DNA from: a candidate division WOR-3 bacterium
GTDB lineage: Bacteria > Hydrothermota > Hydrothermia > JBDRYB01
Direction of reading: 5' to 3'
DNA length: 14,821 bases
NCBI GenBank assembly: GCA_049969615.1
Contig: JBMFOM010000044.1
Span: 1 to 14,821, forward strand
Made by a program: the position numbers and the translations under genes. Position 1 is the stretch's first letter, and each line of letters begins with the position of its first letter. The notes beneath the pieces are model-generated. The model was not told where the DNA came from. It saw nothing but the letters and a program-made list of their open reading frames with translations, and ran no database searches. Shown piece after piece: positions 1 to 7,970 of this stretch.

Positions 1-9
1 TCTGGTCGC

Positions 10-72
10 TTAGGGTTAGTTTTTTATTTTGAGCGATTGAAGGCCCTAAGGTTAGGGTTTAGTTTTGAGCGA
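10..72. repeat. Imperfect direct repeat TTAGGGTT(T)AGTTTT...GAGCGA (10-36 and 52-72), with the inverted repeat CCCTAA-GG-TTAGGG at 44-57
   Basis: Read directly: ttagggttagttttttattttgagcga versus ttagggtttagttttgagcga. It sits at the point where the TOPRIM-like ORF stops. Confidence 0.55.
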
Positions 73-276
73 AGAGGTAAACTTGTCCAAAGCATGCCTT
101 GTTGCTGTGCGTCCACCCTCATATCTTTTGCATTCCGGGTTATACGGATACCCCCTGGGGAAGCGAACCTCTATGGGTTGAGCTGAGGGCAATATTTTTA
201 GTTCTATTAGTTTGCAGAGCACGGCCCAATCGGTTTTACCTGCAAGGAAAACCCTTATCAGCCTTGTTTCGCCCAT
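52..276 (-). pseudogene. Truncated TOPRIM-like protein (DUF4435/DUF3226/OLD-TOPRIM-like N-terminus), probable partner of the upstream ATPase
   Basis: LIRVFLAGKTDWAVL resembles the TOPRIM motif hhhEGxxD, with the catalytic E read as A (GCA, one change from GAA). The ORF stops after 74 aa, before any DxD motif, and lies directly downstream of an ABC-type ATPase remnant. Confidence 0.5.
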
Positions 277-1064
277 TTTTCTATGTCAATAATTTCAAAG
301 AGCCTTCTGGGATCTTCTCCCATGGAAATGAAATCCACAATCCCTGATAATCAAACCTAAGGGCCTTTAGCTCCCCATTGTGCAAGATCAGGTGGTAAAG
401 GACGAATTCATTTTCAAGGCCGTTATCCATGAGCGCATTCAGGAGATACTTCAGGAATCCCTGGCTGTGGGTGGTGAAGAAGGATTGAAGATTGGACTTA
501 TCCCGGAATATCCTTGCAATCAGTTTAGCGATGCCTTCAATGGCTGATGGGTTCTGGAAATTCTCATGCTCCTCGTGCAGATACATCCCCTCTTCCATCA
601 TAAGGAGGATGGCGGCAATAAATACGGCCATGCGCGCCCCGTCCGGAAGCTGCTCAATGTAGACACCAGCAATATCAGGGAATTCAAAGAGTATCTTATC
701 TTGTAAGAACTGGACGCTGCTGATTTCCTTCCCAAGCATTTCTGCGTATAAATCATTGAAGATCTCTGCTAGTCTTTTACTTTTGTTCACCTTTATCAGG
801 CTTTCATAGGCCTGGCTGAAGGCATCACTTTCCTTACGGATGTTTTCATCTACCAGAATAGATCTAAGCCATCCTAGATCTCCTAGCCCACATTAACAAA
901 TTTGTCCGGATTATCTATTTTCAGAATAAATGTAAGCCATCCCGGAGTCGTGCTAACAAATTTATCCAATTTGATATTTACAGGTTCTCGGCTAAATGTC
1001 AGGCCAAGATCAATATCACCAATTCCATGCCACGAAAATTTTCAATTTCAATCGCTGTGATCAT
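258..1064 (-). pseudogene. Degraded ABC/AAA-type ATPase (AAA_15/AAA_21-like) split over four frame segments
   Basis: 1064-999: MITAIEIENFRGM.., the typical N-terminus of this family, with ATG overlapping the secY TGA and GGAGG upstream. No Walker A follows. 1026-883: a second-frame segment ending in TAG. 889-281: signature-like LPDG, decayed Walker B/D-loop YLHEEHENFQNP (cf. hhhEEPENxLHP) and H-loop QSFFTTHS. Another frame from about 341 gives IVDFISMGEDPRRLF...QG* ending at 258. Manual GC count at 901-1020 is 45/120. Confidence 0.75.
854..967. repeat. Imperfect tandem duplication (period 60-68 nt) inside the ATPase pseudogene
   Basis: CAGAATAGATCTAAGCCATCC (854-874) vs CAGAATAAATGTAAGCCATCC (922-942), 19/21. 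TAACAAATTTGTCC (894-907) vs TAACAAATTTATCC (954-967), 13/14. Confidence 0.75.
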
Positions 1065-2377
1065 GACCCCCTCCACCCCCTTACCTTGCCCTTCTTGAGA
1101 AGGGAATCATATTGTCGCATGACCAGGTGAGCGTTTATTTGGTTCACTATCTCCAGAGCGACGCCAACGACAATGAGTAGCCTGGTTCCGCCAAAATACA
1201 GGGGGATGTTCAGGCCCTTGGTGATATACCAGGGGATAAGAGCGATAAACGCGTAGAATATGGCGCCGGGGAGGATTATTCTGGTTAGAACCCTGTCTAT
1301 GTATTCTGCTGTCTTATCTCCTGGGCGGATACCTGGGATGAACCCTGAGTATCTTTGGAGGTTATCCGCCATGTCCTTGGGGTTTATCACCACCGAGGTG
1401 TAGAAGTAAGCGAAGAAAATGATTAGGACCGCGTAGATTATGTCGTAGACCAGGGTGCCAGGTTGGAACAGGTTTGTTATCCCTTCGGCCCACGGCGCGG
1501 CCGTGAATGTCTGGATGGTCTGAGGGAACATCAGAACAGACTGCGCGAAGATTATTGGAATGACACCCGCTGTGTTCACCGTAAGGGGCAGGTATGTTGC
1601 CTGTCCTCCATAGACCTTTCTGCCGACCACCCGTTTGGCATAGTGTATTGGAATCCTTCTCTGCGCCTCGGTGATTATGACGACAGCGGCGGTTATGGTT
1701 ATTATTATGATTAGTAACGCCACCACCGATACCCAGCTGACCGCGCCTGATCGCCAGAGGGTTATCGTGTTCATTATCTCGTTCGGGATTGAGTCCAGTG
1801 TTCCCACGAATATTAGGACGGATATACCGTTGCCTATGCCCCGTTCTGTTATCTGCTCACCCATCCACATAAGGAACATGGTTCCGCCTATGAGGGTGAT
1901 CATCACGGATATGGTGAACAGGGGCCCCGGGAAAGGAACGATGGGCAGGCCGGAGGGACTGGTGAGCCTCTGCAGGAATGTTGATATGCCGAAGGCCTGG
2001 ATTCCGGCAACGACTATAGTGAGGTATCTAGTCCACTGGTTTATCTTTCTGCGGCCATGTTCCCCTTCCTTTTGAACGCGCTCAAAGTATGGGACAGACG
2101 CGGCTAGGAGCTGGAACACGATGGACGCGGATATGTATGGCATTATGCCTATACCGAATATAGCCGCTCTCTGGAGTGCTCCACCCACAAATATGTCATA
2201 AAGCCCGAAAACGGTTCCGGCCAGGGCCTCCCTGAAGAACTCGCCTAGCGCGGCCGCGTTCACGCCAGGCATGGGAATGTGAGTTCCTATCCTGTAAATG
2301 AGTATGAGGCCAAGGGTAAAAAGGATCCTTTGCTTCAGTTCCTCTATCTTGAATATGTTCTGTGGCGACCGGAACAT
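1061..2377 (-). CDS. secY: Preprotein translocase subunit SecY
   Basis: 438 aa with multiple TM segments; motifs GIMPYISASI, GIGNGISVLIF, AGVIPIIFA, FIPGIRPG; follows rplO. Confidence 0.99.
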   Translation of the reverse strand: MFRSPQNIFKIEELKQRILFTLGLILIYRIGTHIPMPGVNAAALGEFFREALAGTVFGLYDIFVGGALQRAAIFGIGIMPYISASIVFQLLAASVPYFERVQKEGEHGRRKINQWTRYLTIVVAGIQAFGISTFLQRLTSPSGLPIVPFPGPLFTISVMITLIGGTMFLMWMGEQITERGIGNGISVLIFVGTLDSIPNEIMNTITLWRSGAVSWVSVVALLIIIITITAAVVIITEAQRRIPIHYAKRVVGRKVYGGQATYLPLTVNTAGVIPIIFAQSVLMFPQTIQTFTAAPWAEGITNLFQPGTLVYDIIYAVLIIFFAYFYTSVVINPKDMADNLQRYSGFIPGIRPGDKTAEYIDRVLTRIILPGAIFYAFIALIPWYITKGLNIPLYFGGTRLLIVVGVALEIVNQINAHLVMRQYDSLLKKGKVRGWRGS

Positions 2378-2928
2378 CAGCCTTCTCCCTCTGGCTCAGG
2401 TTCCTGTAGAGTCCCTGTTTTCTCGGAATCCGTTGCTTCCGCGGTCTCGGGTTCTTCGCCCAGCGTGGCGGATTCCTTTGATTTCTTTTCCTGCACGATC
2501 ACCGTGCCGCCAGCGGCCTCAACAGCCTTTGCCGCTGAAGCGGAAACAGCATCCAGCCTTACGGATAACTTTTTGCTCAGGCTTCCATGACCCAGGAGCT
2601 TGACCGGTAGCCTGCGGCGTATCAACCCCTTGGCCCGCAAGGTTTCTGGAGTTATCTCGTCGCCATCGGAGAATCGCGCCTCCAGGTCTCGGAGGTTGAC
2701 CACCTGATAGACCGTTCTGGTGGGATTGTGAAAACCCCTCTTTGGAAGCCTTCTGTGTAGAGGGGTTTGGCCGCCCTCAAACCAGGGGCCCTTACCGGAA
2801 CCCCTTGAATTCTGTCCTTTGTGGCCCCTGCCGGAAGTCTTTCCACTGCCACTGCCGGGCCCTCTTCCTAGCCTCTTTGCCTTCCTACGCGCGCCCCTGC
2901 CGGGCGTTAGGTTTGAGAGGTTTATCAT
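2377..2928 (-). CDS. rplO: 50S ribosomal protein uL15 with acidic C-terminal extension
   Basis: RLGRGPGSGSGKTSGRGHKGQNSR, FEGGQTPLHRRLPKRGF. Confidence 0.98.
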   Translation of the reverse strand: MINLSNLTPGRGARRKAKRLGRGPGSGSGKTSGRGHKGQNSRGSGKGPWFEGGQTPLHRRLPKRGFHNPTRTVYQVVNLRDLEARFSDGDEITPETLRAKGLIRRRLPVKLLGHGSLSKKLSVRLDAVSASAAKAVEAAGGTVIVQEKKSKESATLGEEPETAEATDSEKTGTLQEPEPEGEG

Positions 2929-3128
2929 TCCGAGACCTCCTCTACATCAACATATTGTGAGACCTTTCTTATCATACCCCTTGTTGCCTCGTTATCGGGC
3001 TGAAGAACCGATTGCCTTATCTTGCGAAGGCCCAAAGCCCTCAGAGTGGCCTCGTTCTTCTTGTGCATGTCTATGAGGCTAACCTTCAGGGTTATTTTCA
3101 GGAGTTTCTTTTTCTTTTCTCGGGCCAC
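2925..3128 (-). CDS. rpmD: 50S ribosomal protein uL30
   Basis: LKITLKVSLI..TLRALGLRKIRQSV..RGMIRKV; GTG start with GGAGG upstream; located between rpsE and rplO. Confidence 0.95.
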   Translation of the reverse strand: MAREKKKKLLKITLKVSLIDMHKKNEATLRALGLRKIRQSVLQPDNEATRGMIRKVSQYVDVEEVSE

Positions 3129-3645
3129 CTGAGAACCTCCTCATTATTTTTTCCGGATCCTTGCCCCTGGACTCCGCAACCTCAACGGGGTCCTTTAGGG
3201 ACAACAGGCCCTTCATGGTTGCCTTGAGTATGTTAACTACACTGCCGCCGCCGTGAACCTTTGTCAGGACGTTCTTGTAGCCGGCGGCCTCCAGGACTGC
3301 TCGTGCGGCCTGGCAGGCCTTTATGCCAGTTCCGGGAGCCGCTGGTTTCATCGTGAGCCGAGTGGCTCCATGCTTCACGATGATGGGGTGGGGGATAGTG
3401 CCGTGCCAGAGTATGACCCTCTGCATGTTCTTCATGGCCTTTTTCTTCGCCTTTTCTATGGCCGCTGGGGTCTCCTTACCTGACCCACGCCCAACCCCAA
3501 CCTTGCCCTGGCCATCGCCGACTACAACCCACGCGGTCAGCTTGAATGTCCGACCGCCCTTTGTCATCTTGGAGACACGGCTTATGGAGACTACATTTTC
3601 CGAAAGCTCGGCGTATTCTTCCTCGTAGGTTATTTCTCTGGGCAT
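3079..3645 (-). CDS. rpsE: 30S ribosomal protein uS5
   Basis: RVSKMTKGGRTF..VVVGDGQGKVGVG, TIPH, PAAPGTGI; operon position. Confidence 0.97.
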   Translation of the reverse strand: MPREITYEEEYAELSENVVSISRVSKMTKGGRTFKLTAWVVVGDGQGKVGVGRGSGKETPAAIEKAKKKAMKNMQRVILWHGTIPHPIIVKHGATRLTMKPAAPGTGIKACQAARAVLEAAGYKNVLTKVHGGGSVVNILKATMKGLLSLKDPVEVAESRGKDPEKIMRRFSGGPRKEKETPENNPEG

Positions 3646-4034
3646 CAGAACTCCAATCCTCCTTCCCTCAGCGCGTCCGCGAAGGCTTTTATCACTCCGT
3701 GATAGGGGTATCCAGAACGGTCAAAAACAATCCTTTTGTAGCCTTTATCTTGGACCCTCTTTGCCATAAACGCGCCGAGAGACTTTGCCTTTTCTACCAT
3801 TCCACCATTGAGGTTTTCCCTGAGTCCGGGGCTGAGGGTTGACGCGCCGGTTATAACATAGCTGGGAGCGCCCGGAGGGTCAATTATCAACTGCGCATAA
3901 AGGTGCCTGTGGCTTTTTACCACGCAGAGGCGTGGACGCTCGCTGGTACCGATCACCTTTTTGCCTATCCTTTTTTGTCTACGCTTGCGCTGATAGAATC
4001 GTAAAAAGGTTTTCTCGCGCTCAGAAACCGCCAT
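3645..4034 (-). CDS. rplR: 50S ribosomal protein uL18
   Basis: GTSERPRL, VFDRSGYPYHG..ADALREGGLEF. Confidence 0.98.
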   Translation of the reverse strand: MAVSEREKTFLRFYQRKRRQKRIGKKVIGTSERPRLCVVKSHRHLYAQLIIDPPGAPSYVITGASTLSPGLRENLNGGMVEKAKSLGAFMAKRVQDKGYKRIVFDRSGYPYHGVIKAFADALREGGLEF

Positions 4035-4609
4035 TATTTGCCTCCTGTTGTGGCTGATTTTCCGGGTTTTAGGTGGATTACCTCGTCCGCATACCTTATG
4101 CCCTTGCCCTTGTAGATATTGGGCGGTTTTATGTCCCTTATGTGGGCCGCGGCCTGCCCAACCTTGTGTTTGTCGGGGCCGGAAACTGTCACCCTTATAG
4201 CATCTGTTCCACCAACAGAGACCTTTTCGCCGGAGACCTCCACTTTTATGCCCTCCGGTGGTTCAAATACGGCCGGGTGAGAGTAGCCCACTGTCAATAT
4301 GAGCTTGCCTTCCTCCACCTTTGCTCTATATCCGGAGCCAACAACAAGCAATTCCCGCTTGAAACCCTTTGAAACCCCTTCCACGGCGTTGGCTATGATC
4401 TGGCGCAGGGTTCCCCGGATGGAGTGCGCGAACTTGCTGTTGCCTTTTTGTTCAACCAGAATGGCCCCTTCTTCAAAACGCACATCCACCTCTGGCCTAA
4501 GGGGCACCATGAGTTCTCCAAGGGGGCCTTTGATCAGACAGGATTCTTCTTCTATCTTGACCTCAACGCCCTTTGGTACTGGTATTGGTTTCTTTCCTAT
4601 CCTGCTCAT
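4034..4609 (-). CDS. rplF: 50S ribosomal protein uL6
   Basis: MSRIGKKPI, KGPLGEL, GYSHP, YKGKGIRY. Confidence 0.99.
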   Translation of the reverse strand: MSRIGKKPIPVPKGVEVKIEEESCLIKGPLGELMVPLRPEVDVRFEEGAILVEQKGNSKFAHSIRGTLRQIIANAVEGVSKGFKRELLVVGSGYRAKVEEGKLILTVGYSHPAVFEPPEGIKVEVSGEKVSVGGTDAIRVTVSGPDKHKVGQAAAHIRDIKPPNIYKGKGIRYADEVIHLKPGKSATTGGK

Positions 4610-4613
4610 CTTT

Positions 4614-4994
4614 TCACCATATCTGACAGATGACCTCTCCGCCGACCTTCCTCGCCCTGGCCTCGGAGTCGGTGAGGAGACCCTTTGAGGTTGAGATTAT
4701 CGCTATACCCAGGCCATTCTTTACCCATGGGATCTCGCTGGCACCCACATAAACCCTCCTGGATGGTTTTGAAATCCTTTCCAAGGAGCTCAAGGTAGGC
4801 TTGCCCCTCTTGTCAAATTTGAACCGGACGGTAATGCTCCTACCCTCAACAGAAAAACCTTCTATGTAGCCTTCCTTTTTCATTATCTCCAACAGGGCGG
4901 TTTTCATCCTGGAAGCCGGGTATATGGTGCATTCCCGATGGCCCGCGGAGAGGGCGTTTCTCATCCTGGTCAACATATCACCTATGACATCCAT
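4614..4994 (-). CDS. rpsH: 30S ribosomal protein uS8
   Basis: DVIGDMLTRMRNA, RISKPSRRVY, GLGIAIISTSKG, VGGEVICQIW. Confidence 0.99.
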   Translation of the reverse strand: MDVIGDMLTRMRNALSAGHRECTIYPASRMKTALLEIMKKEGYIEGFSVEGRSITVRFKFDKRGKPTLSSLERISKPSRRVYVGASEIPWVKNGLGIAIISTSKGLLTDSEARARKVGGEVICQIW

Positions 4995-5002
4995 ATCGTC
5001 TC

Positions 5003-5188
5003 CTACCAGCTGGCCTTTGTGACTCCGGGTATCTCGCCCACGAGGGCAAGTTCACGGAAGCATATCCTGCATATCCCAAACCTGCGTATGTAGCCTCTGT
5101 CCCTGCCACAGCGGGAACAGCGGTTGACCCTTCTGGTCCTGAACTTAGGTTTTTTCTTCAGTTTTTCCCACTGGCATTTGCTCGCCAT
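5003..5188 (-). CDS. rpsZ: 30S ribosomal protein uS14, type Z (Zn-binding, 61 aa)
   Basis: [31 protein letters not shown]. Confidence 0.98.
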   Translation of the reverse strand: MASKCQWEKLKKKPKFRTRRVNRCSRCGRDRGYIRRFGICRICFRELALVGEIPGVTKASW

Positions 5189-5733
5189 TATGCTCTCCTC
5201 TCAAAGGGAAACCCCAGCGCTGAGAGCAGACGGAAGGCCTCCTCGTCGCGCCGGGCCGTTGTTACGATGGTTATGTTCATGCCGAAGACCGTTTTGACCT
5301 TATCCACCTCTATTTCCGGAAAGATTATCTGTTCATCCACGCCAAAGGTATAACTGCCTCGGCCATCAAAGGAATCCGCGGGTATGCCGCGGAAATCCCT
5401 GACCCTGGGCAGGGCAAAATTGACTAGTCTGTCTATGAAATCATAGGCCATGGCGCCACGCAGGGTTGATTTCAGGCCCAAGGGGATCCCTTTCCTGAGA
5501 TGGAATCCAGAGACCGACTTTCTGGCCCTTGTGACCGATGGCCTCTGGCCCGTTATGATTGCAATATCATCTGCCATGACATCAAGCACCTTGGGGTCCT
5601 GAACAGCCTTGCCGGTTGTGGTTGAGACGACAACCTTGACTATCCGCGGCACCGCGTTGATGTTCTTGTAGCCGAGCTCCTTCATGAGCTTTGGCCTTAT
5701 CTTCTTTCTGAATTCATCAAGCAGTCTGGACAT
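5188..5733 (-). CDS. rplE: 50S ribosomal protein uL5
   Basis: [30 protein letters not shown]. Start moved to ATG 5733 (MSRL, TGATG overlap with rplX) from the ORF-track 5754. Confidence 0.98.
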   Translation of the reverse strand: MSRLLDEFRKKIRPKLMKELGYKNINAVPRIVKVVVSTTTGKAVQDPKVLDVMADDIAIITGQRPSVTRARKSVSGFHLRKGIPLGLKSTLRGAMAYDFIDRLVNFALPRVRDFRGIPADSFDGRGSYTFGVDEQIIFPEIEVDKVKTVFGMNITIVTTARRDEEAFRLLSALGFPFERRA

Positions 5734-6053
5734 CACCCTATAACCTCCCCGCATTTCTTGCAGACCCGGTGTTTCTTTCCCTCATCGTCAAAGGCGAACC
5801 CTACTCTCGTTGGCTTACTGCACTTCGGACATACGAGCATGACGCAGTCTATCCGGACCGGACCGGGTATCTCAATTATCCCGGAGGGCTTGTTCTGGCC
5901 GCGGGGGCGCTGGTGTTTTTTTAGCATGTTGACGCCCTCAATTATGAGCATCCGCTTCTGGATCAAAACCTTTGAGACCTTGCCCTCTTCGCCGCGGGCC
6001 CTGCCCCTGGTAACCTTTACGGTGTCCCCTTTTCTTATCTTGAGTCTCATCAC
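5733..6053 (-). CDS. rplX: 50S ribosomal protein uL24 (CxxC...CxxC form)
   Basis: [10 protein letters not shown] (KOW), [18 protein letters not shown]. Start is GTG 6053 or ATG 6050. Confidence 0.97.
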   Translation of the reverse strand: MMRLKIRKGDTVKVTRGRARGEEGKVSKVLIQKRMLIIEGVNMLKKHQRPRGQNKPSGIIEIPGPVRIDCVMLVCPKCSKPTRVGFAFDDEGKKHRVCKKCGEVIG

Positions 6054-6418
6054 AACACCTCCGGCGCTAGGGAGATTATCTTCATGAACTTCTTGTCCCT
6101 GAGTTCTCGGGCCACGGGGCCGAACACCCTGGTTCCCTTTGGGTCTCCGTTCTGATCTATTATGACGGCCGCGTTATCGTCAAACCTTATGTAAGTTCCG
6201 TCTGGTCTGCGGGTCTCTTTCCGGGTTCTCACTATCACGGCCTTTTCCACGGCGCCCTTTTTTATGGGTGCGCCAGGGACTGCGTCCTTGATTGCCACCA
6301 CTACTATGTCCCCGACAGACGCATATCTGCGCTTTGACCCTCCCATAACCCTTATCACCATTGCTCTCTGAGCGCCGGTGTTGTCTGCTATCCGCAGGGA
6401 GGTTGTATCCTGTATCAT
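6050..6418 (-). CDS. rplN: 50S ribosomal protein uL14
   Basis: [39 protein letters not shown]. Start moved to ATG 6418 (ATGA overlap with rpsQ). Confidence 0.99.
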   Translation of the reverse strand: MIQDTTSLRIADNTGAQRAMVIRVMGGSKRRYASVGDIVVVAIKDAVPGAPIKKGAVEKAVIVRTRKETRRPDGTYIRFDDNAAVIIDQNGDPKGTRVFGPVARELRDKKFMKIISLAPEVL

Positions 6419-6675
6419 TCCAGTTTCTCCGCCTTCTTGATTATCTTTACCACTCTCCACCTTTTCAGTCTTGACAGAGGCCTGGTCTCAGCGAGCTGAA
6501 CAAAATCCCCAACCGAGCACTGGTTCTCGCCGTCGTGCGCATATAGCTTCTTGCGCTTCCGGACGAATTTCCCGTAAAGAGGATGCTTGGCCATGGTCTC
6601 GGTGACCACGACCACGGTCTTATCCATCCTGTCGGATATGACCGTGCCCCTGACAGTCTTGCGTTTGCCCCTCAT
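6415..6675 (-). CDS. rpsQ: 30S ribosomal protein uS17
   Basis: [31 protein letters not shown]. Confidence 0.99.
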   Translation of the reverse strand: MRGKRKTVRGTVISDRMDKTVVVVTETMAKHPLYGKFVRKRKKLYAHDGENQCSVGDFVQLAETRPLSRLKRWRVVKIIKKAEKLE

Positions 6676-6881
6676 CTCTTGGACTCCTTTATCCTTTCCT
6701 CTCTCATTATGGTCATCACCCTCGCTATCTCCCGCCGTATCTCCTTGAATTTGTGGAACTGCTCTACATGACCCAACTGTTTCGCTATTCTGAGCTTGAA
6801 ATACTCGTCCTTGAGCTCCCGTAGCCTGGTCGCCCTTTCCTTCGGGGTCAGCTCCCTTATGTCCCTTGCCTTCTTTCCCAT
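6672..6881 (-). CDS. rpmC: 50S ribosomal protein uL29
   Basis: KARDIREL..ELKDEYFKLR..IRREIARVMT; located between rplP and rpsQ. Confidence 0.96.
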   Translation of the reverse strand: MGKKARDIRELTPKERATRLRELKDEYFKLRIAKQLGHVEQFHKFKEIRREIARVMTIMREERIKESKR

Positions 6882-6884
6882 GTC

Positions 6885-7307
6885 TCAGACGCCTCCTTCT
6901 GTCCTGCTGACGAACCTGGTGGCAACCGAGAGCTTGCGTGATGCTTTTCTGTATGCTTCCCGTGCGGTTTCCTCGGAGACCCCGGAGAACTCAAAGAGCA
7001 TTTTGCCCCGCTTGACAACAGCGACCCAGAGCTCCACATTGCCTTTCCCCTTTCCTTGGCGAGTCTCCGCTGGTTTCTTGGTTACCGGTTTGTCAGGGAA
7101 TATCCTTATCCATACCTTAGCGCCCTTTCCCAGCATCCTGGAGAGGGACACCCTCACTGCCTCTATTTGTCGCGCGGTAATCCAGGCGCCCTCGGTTGCC
7201 TTTATGCCGTAATCCCCATAATATAGAGAGTTGCCTGATTGGGCTATGCCCTTTCTGCGGCCTCGCTGTTGTTTCTTGAATTTGGTTTTTTTGGGCACCA
7301 GAAGCAT
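6885..7307 (-). CDS. rplP: 50S ribosomal protein uL16
   Basis: [44 protein letters not shown]. Confidence 0.99.
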   Translation of the reverse strand: MLLVPKKTKFKKQQRGRRKGIAQSGNSLYYGDYGIKATEGAWITARQIEAVRVSLSRMLGKGAKVWIRIFPDKPVTKKPAETRQGKGKGNVELWVAVVKRGKMLFEFSGVSEETAREAYRKASRKLSVATRFVSRTEGGV

Positions 7308-7311
7308 TGCT

Positions 7312-7968
7312 CTATTCCTCCGTTTCCACTTGGCGTGGGCCCAGCTTCTCGCCTTTGTATATCCAAACCTTTATGCCTATTGTCCCGTATTTTGTGTAGC
7401 AAGTAGCAAAGCCATAGTCTATGTTGGCGCGAAGGGTCTGGAGAGGAACGCGTCCCCTGAGATACCATTCCTTTCTTGCTATCTCGGCTCCACCGAGGCG
7501 CCCCTTGCATCTTATCTTGATTCCCTTGGCACCCATGCGCAATGCGTTCTCTACCGCTCGCTTCATTGCCCTGCGGTGAGAGACCCGTTTCTCTATTTGA
7601 CGGGCGATGTTTTCCGCTACTATTTGGGCGTCAGTTTCGGGGTTGGATATTTCTTGGACATTGACCCCGACCCCTCGCAGTCCCGTCATCTTGATCAGAT
7701 CAGCTCTCAGGGTGTCCACATCAACGCCCTTCCTTCCTATGACCACGCCGGGTTTGCCAGTGTATATGCTCACGGTCATTCTCTGAGCGGCGCGATCTAT
7801 TACTATCTTGGAAATATCAGCGCCTGAGTAGTGATTCATTATGTAGCGCCTTATCTTCATGTCCTCTTCCAGATATGCCGGGAAACGCTTCTTATCCGCA
7901 TACCAGCGGCTGATCCATTCCTTGGTCAGCGGGAGTCTAAAACCAGTAGGGTGAACCTTTTGTCCCAT
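7312..7968 (-). CDS. rpsC: 30S ribosomal protein uS3
   Basis: [40 protein letters not shown]. Confidence 0.99.
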   Translation of the reverse strand: MGQKVHPTGFRLPLTKEWISRWYADKKRFPAYLEEDMKIRRYIMNHYSGADISKIVIDRAAQRMTVSIYTGKPGVVIGRKGVDVDTLRADLIKMTGLRGVGVNVQEISNPETDAQIVAENIARQIEKRVSHRRAMKRAVENALRMGAKGIKIRCKGRLGGAEIARKEWYLRGRVPLQTLRANIDYGFATCYTKYGTIGIKVWIYKGEKLGPRQVETEE

Positions 7969-7970
7969 TA

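Noticed and set aside
10-57. TTAGGG hexamers as telomeric repeats
   Set aside because: Only isolated copies, not a tandem array, in a clearly bacterial context.
854-967. Repeat pair as a DGR template/variable repeat or a mini-CRISPR
   Set aside because: Mismatches are not adenine-specific, there are only two short units, and no RT or cas gene is in the window.
52-1064. Stop-codon reassignment or programmed recoding explaining the broken ATPase
   Set aside because: TAA, TAG and TGA all end ribosomal genes at expected positions. The lesions are several frameshifts plus loss of Walker A, which recoding would not repair.
5640-5760. uS8-binding spc operator at the rplE start
   Set aside because: No convincing helix-21 mimic could be identified by eye; it would need a covariance-model search.
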